Origin: Candidatus Profftella armatura
GTDB lineage: Bacteria > Pseudomonadota > Gammaproteobacteria > Burkholderiales > Burkholderiaceae
Assembly (NCBI RefSeq): GCF_000441555.1
Contig: NC_021885.1
Location: forward strand, 330,001-362,000
Length of the DNA stretch: 32,000 bases
Reading direction: 5' to 3'
How positions within the stretch are numbered: position 1 is the first letter of the stretch; every line of letters begins with the position of its first letter. The notes below the pieces were generated by a model. The model made no database searches. It saw nothing but the letters and a program-made list of their open reading frames with translations, and was not told the DNA's origin. Below, piece by piece: positions 19,696-27,622 of this stretch. A program made the position numbers and the translations under genes.

Positions 19696-21087
19696 ATGTT
19701 AAAAAAATTTTTGAATATTTTTGATATATCATTTTTATCAAATAATTCTAAAATTGCTTTAGCTTATAGTGGAGGAATTGATTCATCGGTATTACTTGAT
19801 ATTTCTTTTACTCTTTTTTGTAATTATAAAATACAATTTTATGTTTTTCATATTAATCATGGATTAAGTCCATCTTCAGATAAATGGTTAATTCACTGCA
19901 AAAATACATGTAAAATATATAAAAACATTATATTTCATTCTTTTAAAATTGATTTATTTTCATATAAAAAAAATATTGAAGAAAATGCAAGAATAAAAAG
20001 ATATTATGCATTAAAAGAATTATGTCAAAAATATAATATAAAATATTTACTAACCGGACATAATCAGGATGATCAAGCAGAAACAATTTTATTAAAATTA
20101 TTACGTGGAAGCGGTATTTCTGGGTTATCTGGAATATATGCTATTAATAAAAAATTACCTTTATTGAATAATTCTAATATTATCCTTATACGCCCTTTAT
20201 TACATTGTTCACGTAATGAAATTGCACATTATGCACAACTTCATTCTCTTAATTATTTAAAAGATGAATCAAATAATAATACTCGTTATACAAGAAATAT
20301 ATTAAGATTATATGTGATACCTTTGTTAGAAAAATTATTTCCAGGATTTAAAAAAAGATTTTCACGATTTGCGTATCACGCGCAATCTGCAGAAAAATTA
20401 TTAAATTTATTAGCAAAAAAAGATCTTAAAATATGCTCAAAAGAAAAATCTATTGATATTGGAAAGATAAAAAAATTTGATCCAGATCGTGTAAAAAATT
20501 TATTACGTTATTGGCTTAACAAATATAATACAAAAAAACCATCTTCAATTTGGTTAAATAAATTATATAATCAAATTTTAGAAAAAAAATGTCATAAACA
20601 AATATCTATAATGCATGCACAATATCATATAAAAAGTTATCGTAATCAATTGTTTTGCTTAAAAAAAGAAAAAATAAATAAAAATATAAATAAAAACATA
20701 AATCAATCATTTATTTGGGATAAAGAATCAAAAATAATATTTTCTAATTTTAATGGAGTTTTATATTTTTGTCCGGTTACTGGGGATAAAATTGGAATAA
20801 ATGTATCCTGGCTAAGAAAACAATTTTTATTAATTAAAAATAAAACAGGAAAAGAACGATTAAAATTAACAAAAAATAGTTATAATAAAAATATTAAAAA
20901 TTATTATAGAGAAATGAATATTCCTATATGGAATCGTTTTAATTTACCAATTATTTATGTTCAAAATATCAATAATACTTTAAATTTTAATAATTTATTA
21001 TATGCGGCCGGTATTGGAATAAATTATATCTATCAAACAAATAAAGGAGAGCGTATTTGTTTACATTGGATTAATTTAGATAATTAG
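19696..21087 (+). CDS. tilS: tRNA(Ile)-lysidine synthase
   Basis: PP-loop ALAYSGGIDSSVLLD about 20 aa from the start. ATG 19696 lies just after the accA stop. The alternative ATG 19657 would overlap accA by 32 nt. Confidence 0.88.
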   Translation: MLKKFLNIFDISFLSNNSKIALAYSGGIDSSVLLDISFTLFCNYKIQFYVFHINHGLSPSSDKWLIHCKNTCKIYKNIIFHSFKIDLFSYKKNIEENARIKRYYALKELCQKYNIKYLLTGHNQDDQAETILLKLLRGSGISGLSGIYAINKKLPLLNNSNIILIRPLLHCSRNEIAHYAQLHSLNYLKDESNNNTRYTRNILRLYVIPLLEKLFPGFKKRFSRFAYHAQSAEKLLNLLAKKDLKICSKEKSIDIGKIKKFDPDRVKNLLRYWLNKYNTKKPSSIWLNKLYNQILEKKCHKQISIMHAQYHIKSYRNQLFCLKKEKINKNINKNINQSFIWDKESKIIFSNFNGVLYFCPVTGDKIGINVSWLRKQFLLIKNKTGKERLKLTKNSYNKNIKNYYREMNIPIWNRFNLPIIYVQNINNTLNFNNLLYAAGIGINYIYQTNKGERICLHWINLDN

Positions 21088-21163
21088 ATATAAAAATATT
21101 ATAATTTTAAATATATATAAATATCTTTTATAATACTCTATATAGAAAATATTTTTAAATCTT

Positions 21164-21201
21164 AAAAATAAAAATCATGAAAAAAAATAAAAATCATGAA
21201 A
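21164..21201. repeat. perfect 19-bp tandem duplication (x2) spanning the yggX start codon
   Basis: aaaaataaaaatcatgaaa occurs at 21164-21182 and again at 21183-21201. Both copies were read base by base. Confidence 0.9.
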
Positions 21202-21432
21202 CATATTGTGAACTGTATTAAATTAAATTGTAAAGAAGAAGGTTTAGATTCTCCTCCATTTCCAGGAGAAATAGGGGAAAAAATATGGAAAAATGTTTCA
21301 AAAAAAGCTTGGTATTCATGGTTAAAATATCAAACTATGTTAATTAATGAAAATCGTTTAAATCTTTCTGAGGTTGGACATAGAAAATACTTAATTAATC
21401 AAATGAAATATTATTTTTTTAATAACAAATAA
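21196..21432 (+). CDS. yggX: Fe(2+)-trafficking / oxidative-damage protection protein YggX
   Basis: 78 aa. EGLDSPPFPGEIGEKIWKNVSKKAWYSWLKYQTMLINENRLN is colinear with remembered E. coli YggX ([42 protein letters not shown]). Confidence 0.9.
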   Translation: MKHIVNCIKLNCKEEGLDSPPFPGEIGEKIWKNVSKKAWYSWLKYQTMLINENRLNLSEVGHRKYLINQMKYYFFNNK

Positions 21433-21449
21433 ATTTATATTAAAAAATT

Positions 21450-22135
21450 TTATTTATTAAATAATAATGTTTTTACATTATTTTTTGATCCAAGTAAACA
21501 AATATCTGCTTTTCTAATAGCAAATAAACCAACTGTAACTACACCTAGAATTTGATTTTTTAAGAGATACAGGATTAATAATTTTTAATCCTGTTACATC
21601 AATAATAAAACAAAAATTATCAGTTATAATTGGTTTTCCATTTTTAATACGTAAACTTGGATTTTCTCCTAATTTGATTAATTGAAGCAAAACAGATGAA
21701 CTCGCTATTGGAATGACTTCAATTGATTGGTAAAGGGCATGTATTGCCTACCTAGATATTTTACTAATTTTAATTCTTCTGCTATACAAATTATTTTTTC
21801 AGATACTGAAGTAATAATTTTTTTTCGGGTTAATGTCGCCTTTCCTACTTTAATCATTATACCCATTTCATTAATTTCATCTGCACTATCTATATATAGG
21901 TATGATATACTTGATTTAATTCAATTACATTAATACAATTTTTATATATAATTTTTTTTCAGTTTCTCTTGATGAAGCAACTGCACCTTTTATAAGGATA
22001 AGGTAATTTATTTTTTTAATTCATCAATAAAAAAATTAATAGTTGATCCACTTCCAATACCAATATAATCTTTATTTATAATATAATTAATTGCATAATT
22101 CGAAATTATTTTTTTTTATTTGTTCTTTTTTCCAT
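21450..22135 (-). pseudogene. rpiA: ribose-5-phosphate isomerase A pseudogene (at least 7 frame changes, several in-frame stops)
   Basis: The minus-strand translation pieced across frames reads MEKRTNKKK/IISNYAINYIINKDYIGIGSGSTINFFIDELKK/INYLILIKGAVASSRETEKK/..NCINVIELNQVYHTYI/YIDSADEINEMGIMIKVGKATLTRKKIITSVSEKIICIAEELKLVKYLG/..PLPI/EVIPIASSSVLLQLIKLGENPSLRIKNGKPIITDNFCFIIDVTGLKIINP/..LKNQILGVVTVGLFAIRKADICLLGSKNNVKTLLFNK*. This is colinear end to end with remembered E. coli RpiA. Confidence 0.88.
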
Positions 22136-22243
22136 TTTTATGAAAATTATGTTTTTTTTAAAAATTTTTATTTTTTAATACTTCTTTATAATTCGCACTG
22201 AATTTCCAATAATTATTAAACCTTAATAAATAGTATTTAAAAA

Positions 22244-22990
22244 TTAAATATTAATTATTCTTTGACGACGTGCTTCGAATAAAATTATACCAGCAGCAAC
22301 TGAAACATTTAAACTTTCTATTAATCCAGACATGGGAATATTAATCAAAATATCACAATTTTTTTTTGTTAAGTGACGAAGCCCTTTTTTTTCTGATCCC
22401 ATAATAATAGCTGAAGAATCTAAAAAATTAGTATTATATAAACTTTTTTTTGATTTATTACTAGCGCCAATTAAATAAATATTACGTTCCTTTAATTTAC
22501 ATAAGGTATTAGATAAATTAGTTACAGTAAAAAATGGAATTGTTTCAATAGCTCCACTAGAAACTTTAGCAACTGTTGCGTTTAAACCCACTGAATTATT
22601 TTTAGTAGAAATAATTGCGTGCACTCCAGCTCCATCTGCGACACGTAAACATGCCCCCAAATTATGTGGATCAGTAATTTCATCAAGTATTAATAATAAT
22701 AATGGTTCTTTAATAGAATCTAATAATTCATAAAGATTTTTTTTAAAAGAAAATTCTTTTATTTTAGCAACTACTCCTTGATGATTATGTGTTTTTGCTA
22801 TATGAAACAATTTTTTATTATTTATAGAAATTATATGAATATTGGCTAATTTTGCATTTTTAATTATATTTTTCATGCGATTATCGTTACGTGAAATATC
22901 AATATATAATGTTTTTATTGAAGATGAGTTTTGAATAATTTTTGAATTTATTGCATGAAAACCAAATATTATTTTTTCTTTTATAGACAT
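22244..22990 (-). CDS. rlmB: 23S rRNA (guanosine-2'-O)-methyltransferase RlmB (SpoU/TrmH family)
   Basis: 248 aa. SpoU motifs LDEITDPHNLGACLRVADGAG, MGSEKKGL and IPMSGLIESLNVSVAAGIILFE. Confidence 0.88.
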   Translation of the reverse strand: MSIKEKIIFGFHAINSKIIQNSSSIKTLYIDISRNDNRMKNIIKNAKLANIHIISINNKKLFHIAKTHNHQGVVAKIKEFSFKKNLYELLDSIKEPLLLLILDEITDPHNLGACLRVADGAGVHAIISTKNNSVGLNATVAKVSSGAIETIPFFTVTNLSNTLCKLKERNIYLIGASNKSKKSLYNTNFLDSSAIIMGSEKKGLRHLTKKNCDILINIPMSGLIESLNVSVAAGIILFEARRQRIINI

Positions 22991-23031
22991 ATTTTTAAAA
23001 ATATATTTTAATGTTAAAATTAGTATAAAAT

Positions 23032-23118
23032 ACCCATGTGGCGAAATTGGTAGACGCGCATAGTTCAGAACTATGTTTTTAAATAAATATATTGGGGGTT
23101 CAATTCCCCCCTTGGGTA
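23032..23118 (+). tRNA. tRNA-Leu (anticodon CAG) with a degenerate all-A/T variable arm
   Basis: acccatg-tg-gcgaaattggtagacgc-g-catag-ttCAGaa-ctatg-tttttaaataaatatatt-ggggg-ttcaatt-ccccc-cttgggt-a. There is a U6-U67 mismatch in the acceptor stem. Confidence 0.8.
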
Positions 23119-23164
23119 AAAATAGAATTGATATAAAAAATTCAATAAAGATTATAAATATAAT

Positions 23165-23999
23165 ATATTTTAATTTTTAACTTTTAATAAAATTTTTACT
23201 ATATGCTCACAACTTTCCATAAGTAAATACGCTGCACAATCTCTTTTTTTTCTTAATTTCTTTACAAATTTTTTATTTTTCTATAATTGTACGAGACCGT
23301 AAGGTAGATTCAGTAAATATTAATCGTTTTAACCATAAAATTATCCATAAAACCTAAGCATTCTTCTAAGGCTAATAATTTAATATTTTTATCTATGTAA
23401 TCTACTCAAATCATATCTAAAATAACATTTACATATTTTGTATAATTATATTTAATTTCTTTTAAAAAATCATTTTTTATAATTAATTACCAAATCAATT
23501 TATTTTTTATTACTACCAACAGTAGTTACATAAACTAAAAATTTTTTTACTAATTGTAAAACAGTAATTTCTATGTTTCATTTTTTTTAAATTTCCACGA
23601 TTAAAAAGATTATTCCAAACAGTAATATAATTCTATGTAAGCACGCAGACTCCATCATATTAAAATTTTTAGAATTGGTAAACAATTTAAAGCAGAACAG
23701 ATACAATATATTGCATAACCACCACTAAATATAAGTGCACATACTTATCACTAATTTTAAATTCTATTGCATTATAAAATTTATCAATTATTATACTTGA
23801 TACTTCTAAACCTAATATTTTTGATGTATTTGATGATGTAAGATAAAATCCGGAACGTTGAAAAATATAAGGTCTATTAATGCCTCTTGTATACTTCAAT
23901 TAAAACTTCTTCATTTTTTAATTTTGCAAAGTATTTTGATTTGGATAATTTCATGAAACTAGTATTTTCACCATTATAATGTTCTATATAATACATTTT
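23165..23999 (-). pseudogene. heavily decayed gene remnant, possibly a class I SAM-dependent (RlmI-like) rRNA methyltransferase
   Basis: Minus-strand fragments in shifting frames resemble remembered RlmI-family motifs. SGFYLTSSN resembles TG(F/Y)(F/Y)LDQRxNR, IFSGGYAIY resembles FSYTGGFA, IDLVI resembles FDLIIxDPP, and YTKYVNVIL resembles RGYKDINxLA. Many stops are present. The identity is tentative. Confidence 0.35.
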
Positions 24000-24164
24000 A
24001 GAAAAATTAAAAAATATTTACGAATAAATTTATTATATATAATTTTTAAAAAAAATAATATATATATTATAAAATATTATTAAAAATTTTAAAAAATTTT
24101 CACAGATAATCTGATTATCATATAAAATTTTTTATGTTTCAAATTTAACTATAGAAGGATAGAA

Positions 24165-24920
24165 ATGAAAATATTAGTACCAATCAAAAGGGTGGTTAAT
24201 TATAATACGAAAATTAATATAAAACCAGATTATACTAATGTTGATATTAGCAATACTAAAATGTCAATAAATCCATTTGACGAAATAGCAATTGAATCAG
24301 CTATACGTTTACGTGAATCTTCTAATAAAATAAAAGAAATAATTGCAATATCTTGTGGCAATAAAAAATGTAAAGAAATATTACAAATAGCTATGGCAAT
24401 GGGTGTTGATCGTGCGATTTTAATTGAAACAGATACAATATTACAATCTTTATCGGTAGCAAAATTACTTCAGGTTATTGTAAAAAAAGAAAATCCACAA
24501 TTAGTTATCCTTGGAAAACAATCAATTGATAGTGATAATAATCAAACAGGTCAAATGTTAGCGGCATTACTTAATTGGCCGCAAGCTACTTTTGCATCTA
24601 AAATTGTTCTAAAAAAAAATAATAAAATTTTAGTTACTCAAGAAATTGAAGATGGCAAAGAAACAATTTTATTATCTTTACCAGCTATAATAACCACTGA
24701 TTTAAGAATGAATGAGCCTCGTTATGTTACATTAATGAATATCATAAAAGCCAGAAAAAAAAATATTAATATATTTAAAATAGATGAATTAAATGTTAAT
24801 ATCAATACAGGGTTAAATATTATAAAAGTAAAAGAATCACATAAAAATAATTTAGGCATAAAAGTAAAAAATGTGATTGAATTAATTGATAAATTAAAAA
24901 ATGAAGCTAAAATTATATAA
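24165..24920 (+). CDS. etfB: electron transfer flavoprotein beta subunit
   Basis: 251 aa. MKILVPIKRV, NPFDEIAIE and VILGKQSIDSDNNQTGQMLAALLNWPQ. An AAGGA Shine-Dalgarno sequence lies upstream. Confidence 0.94.
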   Translation: MKILVPIKRVVNYNTKINIKPDYTNVDISNTKMSINPFDEIAIESAIRLRESSNKIKEIIAISCGNKKCKEILQIAMAMGVDRAILIETDTILQSLSVAKLLQVIVKKENPQLVILGKQSIDSDNNQTGQMLAALLNWPQATFASKIVLKKNNKILVTQEIEDGKETILLSLPAIITTDLRMNEPRYVTLMNIIKARKKNINIFKIDELNVNINTGLNIIKVKESHKNNLGIKVKNVIELIDKLKNEAKII

Positions 24921-24942
24921 TTTTTTGAAGGTTTTTTAAATT

Positions 24943-25881
24943 ATGCCGGCACTTGTAATTGCAGAACATGATAATTCTTATCTTAAAATAAGTACACTAA
25001 ATACTATTACCGCCGCAACTTTGTGTAGTGATGAAATTCATATATTAATTATTGGGTATAATATTGAAAAAGTAATACTTGATGCAAAAAAAGTTAATAA
25101 TATAAAAAAAATTTTATTAGTTGATTCATTATATTTTTCTAATAATCTACCGGAAAATATAGCAGCACAAATATCAGTTATAGCTTCTAATTACAGTCAT
25201 ATATTAGCACCAGCAACTATATATGGAAAAAATATTTTACCTCGTGTGGCCGCATTATTAAATGTAATGCAAATTTCTGAAATTACTAAAGTTTGTAACC
25301 CAAGTACTTTTGAAAGACCAATATATTCTGGAAGAATTATAGCTACTGTTCAATCCACAGATATAATAAAAGTCATTACTGTTCGTGCTACTAATTTTAT
25401 TTCCGCAAAAAAAGAAGGAAATAAAGCTATTATTCATATAATTTCAAAAATTAATTATTTTAGTAATACTGCATCAATTTTTATATCTAGGGAATTAATA
25501 AAATCAAAGCGCCCGGAATTAACTTCTGCAAAAATTGTAGTCGCTGGAGGAAGAGGATTAGGTTCATCTAAAAATTTTAAAATTCTTGAGGGTCTTGCTG
25601 ATAAACTTAATGCCGCTATAGGAGCATCACGAGCAGCAGTTGATGCTGGTTATATATCAAATAATTTACAAATTGGACAAACTGGAAAAATTGTAGCACC
25701 ACAATTATATATTGCTATAGGCATTTCCGGTGCCATTCAACATTTATCTGGTATGAAAGATTCCAAAATAATAGTTGCTATTAATCAAGATGAAGATGCG
25801 CCTATTTTCGATATATCTGACTATGGTTTAGTTGGGGACTTGTTTGAAATTATACCAAAATTTATAAAATATTTGAGTTAA
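24943..25881 (+). CDS. etfA: electron transfer flavoprotein alpha subunit
   Basis: 312 aa. VVAGGRGLGS, GASRAAVDAGY and the FAD-binding QIGQTGKIVAPQLYIAIGISGAIQHLSGM. Confidence 0.94.
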   Translation: MPALVIAEHDNSYLKISTLNTITAATLCSDEIHILIIGYNIEKVILDAKKVNNIKKILLVDSLYFSNNLPENIAAQISVIASNYSHILAPATIYGKNILPRVAALLNVMQISEITKVCNPSTFERPIYSGRIIATVQSTDIIKVITVRATNFISAKKEGNKAIIHIISKINYFSNTASIFISRELIKSKRPELTSAKIVVAGGRGLGSSKNFKILEGLADKLNAAIGASRAAVDAGYISNNLQIGQTGKIVAPQLYIAIGISGAIQHLSGMKDSKIIVAINQDEDAPIFDISDYGLVGDLFEIIPKFIKYLS

Positions 25882-26182
25882 AAACTTAAAAATAAAAATT
25901 ATATTTGTTAAAATTTCTTATACAAAAAAAATAATCTGCCTATAATATTTTATACAAAATTATAACAATAAATTATATTCATATTTTTATAAAACAATCG
26001 ATTTTTTTTTATATATAAAATTTTACATTTTTACTAATAGACTAATATGTAAATACTTATAAAATGCATGGTTTATAACAATTTTTTTATAATAAAATTA
26101 TATAAAATTATAAAATCTTTCAAAAGTATTTAATGTTTTTAAAAATACTATATCAAATTTCTTTCTAAAATACTTTAATTAA

Positions 26183-26380
26183 TTTTTATTAAATATAATA
26201 AATTTTAAGAAGACCTAAAAAACATTTTTATAGATTTTAAATAATTTCTTGAACAAAAAATACATTTTAAATTTATTTTTATTAAATATAATAAATTTTA
26301 AGAAGACCTAAAAAACATTTTTATAGATTTTAAATAATTTCTTGAACAAAAAATACATTTTAAATTTATTTTTATTAAAT
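26183..26380. repeat. 93-bp tandem repeat, two perfect copies plus a 12-nt start of a third
   Basis: 26183-26275 and 26276-26368 are identical base for base (tttttattaaatataataaattttaagaagacctaaaaaacatttttatagattttaaataatttcttgaacaaaaaatacattttaaattta). 26369-26380 repeats the first 12 nt. Confidence 0.92.
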
Positions 26381-26472
26381 TTATAAAAATATTACATTTA
26401 TATTTTTTATAATATCAATTTAATAAATTTAATAATATAATATTTTATAATTAAAATTATAAAATTATATTA

Positions 26473-26545
<73 letters not shown>

Positions 26546-26606
26546 GCTATTTTCACAATAATACTTATTTATATTATATTTGTCAATATTTAAAATTTTA
26601 AAGACA

Positions 26607-27584
26607 TTAATATAATTTTATTTTATTACTTTTAATTCCTAATATTACATTTCCCAATCCAGTACCTATAGATACACCTAATTTTTTGAAAAATTTTTCA
26701 GAAAAATTATCTGTTTCAGTATAATTAACAATTCTTTTTTGTTTTAAAACATTATTAGCAACACTGAAAACTGTCCCATAATCATCAACCAATCCAAGTT
26801 CAATCGCTTGACTGCCAGTCCAAAATATACCAGAAAAAATATCTGGAGACTTTTTTAATCTATTTCCTCTACCAGTACATACAGAATCTATAAACTGCTT
26901 ATGAATATCATGTAATATTTTTTCAATATATTTTTTTTGTTTAAAATCAAGAGGACTAAATGGATCTAAAATACCCTTATTTTTACCGGATATTAACAAT
27001 CTTCTTTCAATTCCTAATTTATTCATTAATCCTGTAAAACCAAAGTTATCCATTAATACTCCAATTGATCCAACAATACTAGATTTATTTACATAAATTT
27101 TATCTGCAGCAGAAGCAATATAATAACTTCCAGATGTACAAATTTCTTCTACTACCGCATATAATGGTTTACTTGGATATATTTTTTTTAAACGCATTAT
27201 TTCATCATAAATAAGACTAGCTTGTACTGGAGTTCCTCCGGGGCTATTTATACGTAATATAACTCCTACAGAATTATTAGAAGAAAAAGCTTTATCTAAT
27301 GCTGGTATAATTCTCTCAGCGGAACTATATGTATCTGGTTGAACTATATTTTTAACATCTATTAAAGCTGTATGTTTAATTTTTATTTTATTATTAGAAA
27401 AATAAAACATATTGAAAATAATATATATTATTAGTATAAAAGAAAATATTTTAAAAAAAATTCCCCAACGATGTTTTGATTGTTGTTGACGAATATTAAA
27501 CATTACTACTTTTTCTAAAGTATCTTTTTCCCAATTATTTTTATTTATATTTGATTCTATTCCTATTTTTTTTTCGTTATCCAT
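26607..27584 (-). CDS. sppA: S49-family signal peptide peptidase (SppA, 36K type)
   Basis: 325 aa. N-terminal transmembrane segment WGIFFKIFSFILIIYIIF. S49 serine context CTSGSYYIASAADKI, and GVLMDNFGFTGLMNKLGI. Confidence 0.85.
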   Translation of the reverse strand: MDNEKKIGIESNINKNNWEKDTLEKVVMFNIRQQQSKHRWGIFFKIFSFILIIYIIFNMFYFSNNKIKIKHTALIDVKNIVQPDTYSSAERIIPALDKAFSSNNSVGVILRINSPGGTPVQASLIYDEIMRLKKIYPSKPLYAVVEEICTSGSYYIASAADKIYVNKSSIVGSIGVLMDNFGFTGLMNKLGIERRLLISGKNKGILDPFSPLDFKQKKYIEKILHDIHKQFIDSVCTGRGNRLKKSPDIFSGIFWTGSQAIELGLVDDYGTVFSVANNVLKQKRIVNYTETDNFSEKFFKKLGVSIGTGLGNVILGIKSNKIKLY

Positions 27585-27622
27585 TTTTAATTTAATAGTT
27601 TAGTTATAAAAAATAAAAAATT

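Noticed and set aside
21727-21933. 68-aa + strand ORF in the yggX/rlmB gap.
   Set aside because: It lies antisense to the clearly identifiable rpiA pseudogene and is a chance ORF.
23687-23899. 70-aa minus-strand ORF as a possible intact small gene.
   Set aside because: It begins at a non-ATG codon and is one open fragment of the decayed methyltransferase-like remnant. Adjacent fragments continue in other frames, so I treat it as part of a pseudogene.
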